From Macrostomum hystrix (lineage: Eukaryota; Animalia; Platyhelminthes), in the NCBI GenBank assembly GCA_950097015.1, contig CATNEN010000009.1, positions 744,001 through 808,000 on the forward strand: a stretch of 64,000 nucleotides of DNA, in the 5' to 3' direction. Both the position numbers and the translations under genes were made by a program. Of this stretch, positions 1 to 12,613 are shown one piece after another. The stretch's first letter is position 1. Every line of letters starts with the position of its first letter. Below the pieces are notes generated by a model that saw only the letters and a program-made list of their open reading frames with translations, ran no database searches and had not been told where the DNA came from.

Positions 1-3000
1 GATTAGCAATCCGTTCTATTCCTTCATTCATAGTTATAGATTAGCAATCAGTTCTATTCCTTCATTCATGGGTATAGATTAGCAATCAGTTCTATTCCTT
101 CATTCATGGGTATAGATTAGCAATCAGTTCTATTCCTTCATTCATGGTTATAGATTAGCAATCCGTTCTATTCCTTCATTCATGGTTATAGATTAGCAAT
201 CAGTTCTATTCCTTCATTCATGGTTATAGATTAGCAATCCGTTCTATTCCTTCATTCATGGGTATAGATTAGCAATCCGTTCTATTCCTTCATTCATGGT
301 TATAGATTAGCAATCAGTTCTATTCCTTCATTCATGGGTATAGATTAGCAATCAGTTCTATTCCTTCATTCATGGTTATAGATTAGCAATCCGTTCTATT
401 CCTTCATTCATGGGTATAGATTAGCAATCCGTTCTATTCCTTCATTCATGGTTATAGATTAGCAATCAGTTCTATTCCTTCATTCATGGTTATAGATTAG
501 CAATCCGTTCTATTCCTTCATTCATGGGAATAGATTAGCAATCAGTTCTATTCCTTCATTCATGGGAATAGATTAGCAATCAGTTCTATTCCTTCATTCA
601 TGGTTATAGATTAGCAATCCGTTCTATTCCTTCATTCATGGTTATAGATTAGCAATCAGTTCTATTCCTTCATTCATGGGAATAGATTAGCAATCCGTTC
701 TATTCCTTCATTCATGGTTATAGATTAGCAATCAGTTCTATTCCTTCATTCATGGTTATAGATTAGCAATCAGTTCTATTCCTTCATTCATGGGTATAGA
801 TTAGCAATCAGTTGTATTCCTTCATTCATGGTTATAGATTAGCAATCCGTTCTATTCCTTCATTCATGGGAATAGATTAGCAATCAGTTCTATTCCTTCA
901 TTCATGGGAATAGATTAGCAATCCGTTCTATTCCTTCATTCATGGGAATAGATTAGCAATCAGTTCTATTCCTTCATTCATGGGAATAGATTAGCAATCC
1001 GTTCTATTCCTTCATTCATGGGAATAGATTAGCAATCAGTTCTATTCCTTCATTCATGGGAATAGATTAGCAATCAGTTCTATTCCTTCATTCATGGGTA
1101 TAGATTAGCAATCAGTTGTATTCCTTCATTCATGGGTATAGATTAGCAATCCGTTCTATTCCTTCATTCATGGTTATAGATTAGCAATCAGTTCTATTCC
1201 TTCATTCATGGTTATAGATTAGCAATCCGTTCTATTCCTTCATTCATGGGTATAGATTAGCAATCCGTTCTATTCCTTCATTCATGGGAATAGATTAGCA
1301 ATCCGTTCTATTCCTTCATTCATGGTTATAGATTAGCAATCCGTTCTATTCCTTCATTCATGGTTATAGATTAGCAATCCGTTCTATTCCTTCATTCATG
1401 GGTATAGATTAGCAATCAGTTCTATTCCTTCATTCATGGGAATAGATTAGCAATCCGTTCTATTCCTTCATTCATGGTTATAGATTAGCAATCCGTTCTA
1501 TTCCTTCATTCATGGGTATAGATTAGCAATCAGTTCTATTCCTTCATTCATGGTTATAGATTAGCAATCCGTTCTATTCCTTCATTCATGGGTATAGATT
1601 AGCAATCCGTTCTATTCCTTCATTCATGGTTATAGATTAGCAATCCGTTCTATTCCTTCATTCATGGGAATAGATTAGCAATCCGTTCTATTCCTTCATT
1701 CATGGTTATAGATTAGCAATCCGTTCTATTCCTTCATTCATGGGAATAGATTAGCAATCAGTTCTATTCCTTCATTCATGGGAATAGATTAGCAATCCGT
1801 TCTATTCCTTCATTAATGGGAATAGATTAGCAATCAGTTCTATTCCTTCATTCATGGGAATAGATTAGCAATCCGTTCTATTCCTTCATTCATGGTTATA
1901 GATTAGCAATCCGTTCTATTCCTTCATTCATGGTTATAGATTAGCAATCAGTTCTATTCCTTCATTCATGGTTATAGATTAGCAATCCGTTCTATTCCTT
2001 CATTCATGGGTATAGATTAGCAATCCGTTCTATTCCTTCATTCATGGTTATAGATTAGCAATCAGTTGTATTCCTTCATTCATGGTTATAGATTAGCAAT
2101 CCGTTCTATTCCTTCATTCATGGTTATAGATTAGCAATCCGTTCTATTCCTTCATTCATGGGTATAGATTAGCAATCAGTTGTATTCCTTCATTCATGGT
2201 TATAGATTAGCAATCAGTTGTATTCCTTCATTCATGGTTATAGATTAGCAATCCGTTCTATTCCTTCATTCATGGGTATAGATTAGCAATCAGTTCTATT
2301 CCTTCATTCATGGTTATAGATTAGCAATCCGTTCTATTCCTTCATTCATGGGAATAGATTAGCAATCCGTTCTATTCCTTCATTCATGGTTATAGATTAG
2401 CAATCCGTTCTATTCCTTCATTCATGGGAATAGATTAGCAATCCGTTCTATTCCTTCATTCATGGGTATAGATTAGCAATCAGTTGTATTCCTTCATTCA
2501 TGGTTATAGATTAGCAATCCGTTCTATTCCTTCATTCATGGGTATAGATTAGCAATCCGTTCTATTCCTTCATTCATGGGAATAGATTAGCAATCAGTTC
2601 TATTCCTTCATTCATGGGAATAGATTAGCAATCCGTTCTATTCCTTCATTAATGGGAATAGATTAGCAATCAGTTCTATTCCTTCATTCATGGGAATAGA
2701 TTAGCAATCCGTTCTATTCCTTCATTCATGGTTATAGATTAGCAATCCGTTCTATTCCTTCATTCATGGTTATAGATTAGCAATCCGTTCTATTCCTTCA
2801 TTCATGGGAATAGATTAGCAATCCGTTCTATTCCTTCATTCATGGGTATAGATTAGCAATCAGTTGTATTCCTTCATTCATGGTTATAGATTAGCAATCC
2901 GTTCTATTCCTTCATTCATGGGTATAGATTAGCAATCAGTTCTATTCCTTCATTCATGGTTATAGATTAGCAATCCGTTCTATTCCTTCATTCATGGGAA

Positions 3001-5480
3001 TAGATTAGCAATCCGTTCTATTCCTTCATTCATGGGTATAGATTAGCAATCAGTTGTATTCCTTCATTCATGGTTATAGATTAGCAATCCGTTCTATTCC
3101 TTCATTCATGGTTATAGATTAGCAATCAGTTCTATTCCTTCATTCATGGGTATAGATTAGCAATCCGTTCTATTCCTTCATTCATGGTTATAGATTAGCA
3201 ATCCGTTCTATTCCTTCATTCATGGGTATAGATTAGCAATCAGTTCTATTCCTTCATTCATGGTTATAGATTAGCAATCCGTTCTATTCCTTCATTCATG
3301 GTTATAGATTAGCAATCCGTTCTATTCCTTCATTCATGGGTATAGATTAGCAATCAGTTCTATTCCTTCATTCATGGTTATAGATTAGCAATCCGTTCTA
3401 TTCCTTTATTCATGGTTATAGATTAGCAATCAGTTCTATTCCTTCATTCATGGGTATAGATTAGCAATCCGTTCTATTCCTTCATTCATGGTTATAGATT
3501 AGCAATCCGTTCTATTCCTTCATTCATGGGTATAGATTAGCAATCAGTTCTATTCCTTCATTCATGGGAATAGATTAGCAATCCGTTCTATTCCTTCATT
3601 CATGGTTATAGATTAGCAATCCGTTCTATTCCTTCATTCATGGGAATAGATTAGCAATCCGTTCTATTCCTTCATTCATGGTTATAGATTAGCAATCCGT
3701 TCTATTCCTTCATTCATGGTTATAGATTAGCAATCCGTTCTATTCCTTCATTCATGGTTATAGATTAGCAATCAGTTCTATTCCTTCATTCATGGGAATA
3801 GATTAGCAATCCGTTCTATTCCTTCATTCATGGTTATAGATTAGCAATCCGTTCTATTCCTTCATTCATGGGAATAGATTAGCAATCCGTTCTATTCCTT
3901 CATTCATGGGTATAGATTAGCAATCAGTTGTATTCCTTCATTCATGGTTATAGATTAGCAATCCGTTCTATTCCTTCATTCATGGGTATAGATTAGCAAT
4001 CAGTTCTATTCCTTCATTCATGGTTATAGATTAGCAATCCGTTCTATTCCTTCATTCATGGGAATAGATTAGCAATCCGTTCTATTCCTTCATTCATGGG
4101 TATAGATTAGCAATCAGTTGTATTCCTTCATTCATGGTTATAGATTAGCAATCCGTTCTATTCCTTCATTCATGGTTATAGATTAGCAATCAGTTCTATT
4201 CCTTCATTCATGGGTATAGATTAGCAATCCGTTCTATTCCTTCATTCATGGTTATAGATTAGCAATCCGTTCTATTCCTTCATTCATGGGTATAGATTAG
4301 CAATCAGTTCTATTCCTTCATTCATGGTTATAGATTAGCAATCCGTTCTATTCCTTCATTCATGGTTATAGATTAGCAATCCGTTCTATTCCTTCATTCA
4401 TGGGTATAGATTAGCAATCAGTTCTATTCCTTCATTCATGGTTATAGATTAGCAATCCGTTCTATTCCTTTATTCATGGTTATAGATTAGCAATCAGTTC
4501 TATTCCTTCATTCATGGGTATAGATTAGCAATCCGTTCTATTCCTTCATTCATGGTTATAGATTAGCAATCAGTTGTATTCCTTCATTCATGGGAATAGA
4601 TTAGCAGTTCATTCTATTCCTTCATTCATGGTTATAGATTAGCAATCAGTTCTATTCCTTCATTCATGGTTATAGATTAGCAATCAGTTCTATTCCTTCA
4701 TTCATGGTTATAGATTAGCAATCCGTTCTATTCCTTTATTCATGGGTATAGATTAGCAATCCGTTCTATTCCTTTATTCATGGTTATAGATTAGCAATCC
4801 GTTCTATTCCTTTATTCATGGTTATAGATTAGCAATCAGTTCTATTCCTTCATTCATGGTTATAGATTAGCAATCCGTTCTATTCCTTTATTCATGGGTA
4901 TAGATTAGCAATCCGTTCTATTCCTTCATTCATGGTTATAGATTAGCAATCCGTTCTATTCCTTTATTCATGGTTATAGATTAGCAATCAGTTCTATTCC
5001 TTCATTAATGGGAATAGATTAGCAATCAGTTCTATTCCTTCATTCATGGGTATAGATTAGCAATCAGTTCTATTCCTTCATTCATGGGAATAGATTAGCA
5101 ATCCGTTCTATTCCTTCATTCATGGTTATAGATTAGCAATCCGTTCTATTCCTTCATTCATGGGAATAGATTAGCAATCCGTTCTATTCCTTCATTCATG
5201 GTTATAGATTAGCAATCCGTTCTATTCCTTCATTCATGGTTATAGATTAGCAATCCGTTCTATTCCTTCATTCATGGGTATAGATTAGCAATCAGTTCTA
5301 TTCCTTCATTCATGGGAATAGATTAGCAATCCGTTCTATTCCTTCATTCATGGTTATAGATTAGCAATCCGTTCTATTCCTTCATTCATGGGAATAGATT
5401 AGCAATCCGTTCTATTCCTTCATTCATGGGAATAGATTAGCAATCAGTTCTATTCCTTCATTCATGGGAATAGATTAGCA
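1..5480. repeat. 38-bp tandem satellite (GATTAGCAATCCGTTCTATTCCTTCATTCATGGTTATA), about 144 copies, runs off the left edge
   Basis: Head-to-tail 38-mers with no spacers; a few recurrent variant sites (CCG/CAG, TTCT/TTGT, TTCA/TTTA, GGTTATA/GGGTATA/GGGAATA). Confidence 0.99.
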
Positions 5481-6289
5481 AAATCTGTTTGCTTTCATGC
5501 CGAGTTCCGATGCAGGCGTTGCTGAGCAGCTGTGCTCATTGTGCTCACACTCGTCCGAGTCGCCTGACTTCTGCTAAATGCGACATTCCAACCCGAGGTG
5601 CTAAGACTGTGGTCAACTGTTTGTGGTCAGAGCGGAAGCAACATAAACAGCTTTTATCAGTTTAAATTTCTAACACTTGGCTTTCCTGCCTTTGTGTTTG
5701 GCTGGCTCAGCTAGGCATTCCATATTTGGTCAAGCAGATGGCGAATGCGGGGCTGATCGCATCAAATACCGCAGGGTGGGCCGAACAGAGGCAGTGGCTC
5801 TGCAAAATCTTTTTATGGTATTCGAGACCCGCCCAGAAACTACTGAAACTATTTGTTTAGTGGTCATTGGACCCGTCCTATGAGGCTGCCGGTCTGTTTA
5901 TCTGGGATCGGGGCTGATGGCGATATATTTTATTCCGCAACTTTTGACAGCAAAGTTATGCAAATTTTTGGTCTGTATTTGGAAAGCCGGAGCCGCGGTG
6001 TTGATCAACACGACGCCTTCTGGGTCTTTAAAGTGCATCATCATACTCAAACCAAGTCTTGAATTGGACCAGCATGCATCTGCAGGAGCTGGTCCCGGGC
6101 CCTCAGGCACTGACTTTCGTTGTTAAGCAGTAAAAAATTCGCCCTGGAAAACATGCATTTTCACTGAAGTGTTTTTAATATAACAAAGTGAACGAGATGA
6201 CCTCGACCTGCAAAACATGATTGAAAGTGTTCCATGGAGGCTCTGGTTCCTTATTCAGGTTCTAGAACTGGATTAAGGTTTTGGAAGTG

Positions 6290-6775
6290 TATTGAGGTTC
6301 TTGAAGTAGATTAAAGCTCTTAAAGTGGATTGAGGCTCTTGAAGTGGTTTGATAATCTTAAAGTGAGTTCAGGTTCTTGTAGTGGTTTGATAACCTTAAA
6401 GTGAACTGAGGATCCTGAAGCTAATTGAGGCTCTTAACGTGGATTGATGCTCTTGTAGTGGTTTGAAGCTCTTGAAGTGGGTTTGATAATCTTAAAGTCA
6501 GTTGAGACTCTAGAAGTAGATTGAGGCACTTGAAGTAGATTGAGGCTCTAGAAGTAGATTGAGGCTCTTGAAGTAGATTGAGGCTCTTGAAGTGGATTGA
6601 GGCTCTTGAAGTAGATTGAGGCTCTTGAAGTGGACTGAGGCTCTTGAAGTAGATTGAGGCTCTTGAAGTAGACTGAGGCTCTTGAAGTAGATTGAGGCTC
6701 TTGAAGTAGATTGAGGCTCTTGAAGTAGATTGAGGCTCTTGAAGTGGATTGAGCTGGAAGGAGGCCCTGGAAGTA
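6290..6775. repeat. 19-bp minisatellite (GAAGTAGATTGAGGCTCTT), degenerate flanks
   Basis: Direct reading; regular core at about 6510-6765. Confidence 0.9.
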
Positions 6776-7168
6776 GATTTAGGCTCTGTAGTGGATCGGT
6801 GATCGGTGATTTTGAAGCGGATCAAAGTTCACCTTTTAAGTTTAAGTCTGATATAAAAATGCAATCAGAGAAACAACTGAAAATCTTAAAATCCCTTATT
6901 TGCCCTGAAAGTTTTTATCTTGTTAGCAGTTCATGCAACGTATCATTTCTTTGATGTCCCTCCTGTTGGCAAAATTTACACCGTCACGACAGATATTTTA
7001 AAAGAGAAGCAAACAGAGCCTAGAATTTTCATTGAGAATTGTTTAAACCCACCGCTGATTCATCGAGCCGATCACCTGTTTGATACAGTCAGAGCTTGTC
7101 GACGACGCGAAATGCAACAGAGCTGAACTCTGAGGGAGGGCGAAAAATAGTGTCCGATAGATGTGCAA

Positions 7169-8058
7169 TGTGCAACAGGGGATTGTCCCCCGTAGACTAA
7201 TGTGCAACAGGGGATTTTCCCCCGTAGACTAATGTGCAACAGGGGATTGTCCCCGTAGACCACTGTGCAACAGGGGATTGTCCCCCCGTAGACCACTGTA
7301 CAACAGGAGATTGTCCCCCCATAGACTACTGTGCTACTGGAGATTGTCCCCCATAGACCACTGTACAACAGGATATTGTCCCCCCATAGACTACTGTGCT
7401 ACTGGAGATTGTCCCCCGTAGACTACTGTGCAACAGGAGATTGTCCCCCCGTAGACCACTGTACAACAGGATATTGTCCCCCCATAGACTACTGTGCTAC
7501 TGGAGATTGTCCCCCGTAGACTACTGTGCAACAGGGGATTGTCCCCCATAGACCACTGTACAACAGGATATTGTCCCCCCATAGACTACTGTGATACTGG
7601 AGATTGTCCCCCATAGACCACTGTACAACAGGAGATTGTCCCCCCGTAGACCACTGTGCAACAGGAGATTGTCCCCCATAGACTACTGTGCAACAGGAGA
7701 TTGTCCCCCATAGACTACTGTGATACTGGAGATTGTCCCCCATTGACTGCTGTGCAACAGGAGATTGCCCCTCCCTAGACTACTGTGCAACAGGAGATTG
7801 TCCCCCATAGACTGCTGTGCAACAGGAGATTGTCCCCCATAGACTGCTGTGCAACAGGAGATTGTCCCCCATTGACTGCTGTGCAACAGGAGATTGTCCC
7901 CCATTGACTGCTGTGCAACAGGAGATTGTCCCCCATAGACTGCTGTGCAACAGGAGATTGTCCCCCATTGACTACTGTGCAACAGGAGATTGTCCCCCAT
8001 AGACTACTGTGCAACAGGAGATTGTCCCCCATAGACTACTGTGCAACAGGAGATTGTC
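7169..8058. repeat. About 32-bp minisatellite (GTGCAACAGGAGATTGTCCCCCATAGACTACT)
   Basis: Direct reading; the C-run varies in length, which explains the short overlapping ORFs here. Confidence 0.95.
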
Positions 8059-9280
8059 TTAAGTCATGTTTGGATTGCCATGTGATTTCCCAGTGGTCAG
8101 CAGAGAGGAAGTGTTTCAAGTGAGAACAGTTTTAGCCTTCATAAGCTCGCTGTGCCTTCAGTACATATTTACTGCTTCTCAGTCAAACTGGAGTGAGCAT
8201 TCCACTCAGGTTTCAGACGCAGCTCATTCCATTTGGATTGAGCAGTTCAGCAGAAAGTCTTTGCTGACGAAAGCTATCGATTTTCCCAGTAGGGGGCCTA
8301 ATCGATCAGCTGTCAGCTTCCAAAACTCATCCGGTGATGCAGCAATTTCGCTTGTCACTGCCGATATTTGACACACGTCTGCTGGTTATTGACACAAGGG
8401 AGGGAAGCGCTGGCTCGATGGGGAGACTATTATAAAAAGAAGCCAGCCACAAACAGCAAAAAAACTCGGTGGTGCCTGGGAGCAAACCAGGACAGGCAGA
8501 TTGCTAATTACAACCTCAGCTGCTTCGCTAGCACTCGCTTTCTTACAGACTGCATTGCCTGGAGTAGCACCTGTGATACCGCATATTTGTGCCGATTATT
8601 CCTAGACTTAACACTTCGCTGCTAATCATGAGGTCAGTGACGGAGCTGAGAAGCGTTTGATTCTCGCACAAAAGGTCCAGGGTTCGAGTCCAATTCCGCC
8701 CGAACTCGGCAAGCGAGAAGAATGAGCCGCCGAGTAACGCCCCACGCGGCATTTGTTTTTCTCTCCGACTTTTTAGCCCCAGGGCCACGTGACTAACGAA
8801 TCGCTGGGGGATTTTCCAGGCTAAAATCTCACGCACGGCGCGTGATAATCTTTGAGTCAGAGTGCTGGCACAGTCCTTGGGCTCAGAAGGCACTGCCTGA
8901 GGCTCCGAAAGTTTTTTCTCTCGCTAAAGTTGCCGCCGGGTAGGGAAGCAAGGAAAATGCAAGAGAAAGTGTTGTGACTTGAATATTCAACCGGACTTGA
9001 ATGTACTCTATTAACTTATCGTTGCGCAATGCACGTCCATTTTCCTATGCGTGCGTGGGCCGGGTGTGTCACCTGCGCGTGCGACACAACGTGCTCTGTT
9101 CTTACTCCTTGCTCTCCACGTGCCATTGTCACCCCCAGCCATATTATGTTAGTATAAATATCTCGAATTTCCTTTGTACCTAGTTCGTGGCCTTTGCGCT
9201 ATCTAAAGAATTCCTGGTCTACGAGTAAAAAAGAAAGGTGTACTTTTGTGCTCAGTGCTTGATACTTTATACGGAATCCA

Positions 9281-10553
9281 GACATCTCACTGCCTCCCCC
9301 GACATCTCACTGCCTCCCCCGACACTCCACTGCCTCCCCCGACATCTCACTGCCTCCCCTGACATCTCACTGCCTCCCCCGACACTCCACTGCCTCCCCC
9401 GACACTCCACTGCCTCCCCCGACACTCCACTGCCTCCCCCGACACTCCACTGCCTCCCCCGACACTCCACTGCCTCCCCCGACACTCCACTGCCTCCCCC
9501 GACACTCCACTGCCTCCCCCGACATCTCACTGCCTCCCCCGACATCTCACTGCCTCCCCGACACTTCACTGCCTGCCGCGACATCTCACTGCCTGCCGCG
9601 ACATCTCACTGCCTCCCCCGACACTCCACTGCCTCCCCCGACATCTCACTGCCTCCCCTGACATCTCACTGCCTCCCCCGACACTCCACTGCCTCCCCCG
9701 ACACTCCACTGCCTCCCCCGACACTCCACTGCCTCCCCCGACACTCCACTGCCTCCCCCGACACTCCACTGCCTCCCCCGACACTCCACTGCCTCCCCCG
9801 ACACTCCACTGCCTCCCCCGACATCTCACTGCCTCCCCCGACATCTCACTGCCTCCCCGACACTTCACTGCCTGCCGCGACATCTCACTGCCTGCCGCGA
9901 CATCTCACTGCCTCCCCCGACACTCCACTGCCTCCCCCGACACTCCACTGCCTCCCCCGACATCTCACTGCCTCCTCTGACATCTCACTGCCTCCCCGAC
10001 ACTTCACTGCCTGCCGCGACATCTCACTGCCTCCCCCGAGATCTCACTGCCTCCCCCGACACTCCACTGCCTCCCCCGACATCTCACTGCCTCCCCTGAC
10101 ATCTCACTGCCTCCCCGACACTTCACTGCCTGCCGCGACATCTCACTGCCTCCCCCGACATCTCACTGCCTCCCCCGACATCTCACTGCTTCCCCCGACA
10201 TCTCACTGCCTCCCCTGACATCTCACTGCCTCCCCTGACATCTCACTGCCTCCCCTGACATCTCACTGCTTCCCCCGACATCTCACTGCCTCCCCCGACA
10301 TCTCACTGCCTCCCCGACACTTCACTGCCTCCCCCGACATCTCACTGCCTCCCCCGACATCTGACTGCCTCCCCGACATCTCACTGCTTCCCCCGACATC
10401 TCACTGCCTCCCCTGACATCTCACTGCCTCCCCTGACATCTCACTGCTTCCCCCGACATCTCACTGCCTCCCCTGACATCTCACTGCCTCCCCCGACATC
10501 TCACTGCCTCCCCCGACATCTCACTGCCTCCCCCGACATCTCACTGCCTCCCC
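9281..10553. repeat. 20-bp minisatellite (GACATCTCACTGCCTCCCCC)
   Basis: Direct reading, about 63 copies with ACTCC/ATCTC and 19-bp variants. Confidence 0.97.
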
Positions 10554-12082
10554 TTTGATGTCCGGCGCATGTGGGGTTCCACTTTAATCCCCGCTACCTC
10601 GCTATCTCCCAATTTCCTACACGAAAATTCTGCCTGAGATTGCTGCGGCCCTGTCAGCAGAGAATGGACGAAAATAGGCCGCAGCTGAATTGGAATTGAA
10701 GCGGGACAGGAGATGGATTGGAAACCACAGGCGGAACTGCGGAAGCTGTCGTGACGAGCAAATGAGCTCAGGCAGTCTAATTCTCGTAGATTTCCGACTC
10801 AAGTGAGTTAGGAAGGCGTGCCAAATGGAATAGCCCGCAGCCCCGGCTGCTTCTGCAGCAGAAAAGTGCAAACTGCAAACCGAAAATGAAACACGCTGGG
10901 CTTGCCTGCTCCAGTGAGTTTCTTAGAAAGCCGTTGTGGACGTCTCAAAGCGATCAACGAAATCCCGCGGAGCCATGAGAGCGGCATCGATCTGGCGCTG
11001 TCAACGGGAATCTGGCTGAGATGGTCTGGGAGAGACAAGGTCCTGATAAATGGGGGCTGCTCAGATTGCAGCCAGCCATGCAACCAACTGCCAAATGCGA
11101 ACTGACGGGGCCGAGTGGCGCTGATTCCGGTTGTGAGCAGCGCAAGTAGGTCACCAGCTGAGACTCTCCGCCCCTGACTGATCGGTCTCGATCTACGGGT
11201 TTCCGTTACTGGCCATTGGGCTGAGCAAAATCAGGTAACGGATTCTTCGGGATCGGGTGAGCAGCACAGCTCAGCTTCTTTGAGCCCTTCGGCTGCGGAA
11301 AGGTGAGCAGAGACGGAAGTGGCAACCTGCGGCAGCTCCGGTGCTAAAAGATCCCTCAATGCCTAGCTGGGCCGGTTGCCGGGCAATCGGGGATGTGGGA
11401 GGCCTGGGCAGTTGAGAAGGCTTGGGAGGGAAGCCGGCCTGTTGAGCAGAGTCGTATTAATCATCACGGCCGGTAGTTGAATATTTGATAGTGCAAGCAG
11501 CTCACAGCGATATTTATTGCGCCTGCCAAAAATGGTAGCTGAGCTCAGCCGCGGCGGCTGCCACCAGGGCCGTGAAAACTAACTGCCCGGAGAGACGGCT
11601 ATAGGGAAAGGTCTGGGTGGTTGCCAGGCGGATACTAATGCGATCAACTCCGCCAGGAGACCGCTGTGCCCATCATTTAACCGGTGAAAATCTGCCCCCT
11701 GCTGTTATCTATTTGGGAGGCGCCTCTGATTGTAGCTTCAATATAACCGAAGCGAGCTCAACCATGCTCAGAGCAGCTCGCACTTCCTATAGGATTAGTT
11801 TGAGCGAGCTCGGAAATACTCAGGGCTACAGAGTAGTTTGTGGTGTCTTGGCCTGGCTGGTTTTTTAGTACCAATGTTGGACAAGTTGGCATTGCGGCTG
11901 TCAGACTGCACGCCAGGACAGGTCACTGAGAACAGGTGAGGACCGCATGATTGTTCTCACTCTCCCACTGTCAGTGGGATAATGCCAGCAAATGTTAGGG
12001 AAACACGACTAGGGCGAGACAGTCCAGAACTGGACACAACTGGCCGATGGCAGGAAGATCAGAGAGTGCAGCTGACCTCCAG

Positions 12083-12109
12083 CCAATCAGGGAAGCCCAG
12101 CCAGCCAAT
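12083..12109 (+). promoter_or_regulatory. Two CCAAT boxes upstream of GPCR1 (candidate promoter)
   Basis: CCAAT at 12083-12087 and 12105-12109, about 0.5 kb before the GPCR1 ATG; promoter role is inference. Confidence 0.35.
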
Positions 12110-12225
12110 CGTCTGGCTGCATTCACAGAGCGCCGTGGATATCTGAATAGAAATGACACTGCAGGCCTCTAAAACTGACTACGAAAGACAACGAGCTGGT
12201 AGCCAGAAAAGCTGCCTAGCCAAGA

Positions 12226-12613
12226 GAGCTGTACCAGAAGAGCTGCACCAGAAGAGTTGTACCAGAAGAGCTGTATCAGAAGAGCTGCACCAGAAGAGTT
12301 GCACCAGAAGAGCTGTACCAGAAAAGCAGTATCAGAAGAGCTGTACCAGAAGAGCTGTACCAGAAGAGCTGTATCAGAAAAGCAGTATCAGAAGAGCTGT
12401 ACCAGAAGATCTGTACCAGAAGAGCTGTATCAGAAAAGCTGTACCAGAAGAGCTGTATCAGAAAAGCAGTATCAGAAGAGCTGTATCAGAAAAGCTGTAC
12501 CAGAAGAGCTGTATCAGAAAAGCTGTATCAGAAGAGCTGTACCAGAAAAGCTGTACCAGAAGAGCTGTACCAGAAAAGAAGAATCAGAAGAGCTGTACCA
12601 GAAGAGCTGTACA
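12226..12613. repeat. 14-bp minisatellite (GTACCAGAAGAGCT) ending immediately at the GPCR1 ATG
   Basis: Direct reading; the last unit runs into ACA-ATG (ATG at 12614). Confidence 0.95.

Noticed and set aside
1-5480. CRISPR-like array (38-bp repeats)
   Set aside because: Units are contiguous with no unique spacers, there are no cas genes and the context is eukaryotic.
5711-7126. Possible small + strand exons (LGIPYLVKQMANAG...; HATYHFFDVPPVGK...)
   Set aside because: Splice-like boundaries exist, but I could not assemble a consistent model or recognise homology.
8631-8700. tRNA-like segment (GGTTCGAGTCC B box)
   Set aside because: The T stem and acceptor stem do not pair and the A box is imperfect; at most a decayed SINE head.
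9238-10218. Long Pro-rich ORF; likewise 17356-18510, 20017-21171, 26704-27334, 31398-34041, 45227-47236, 52838-53515, 60277-60974
   Set aside because: All are read-throughs of minisatellites with no independent coding signal.
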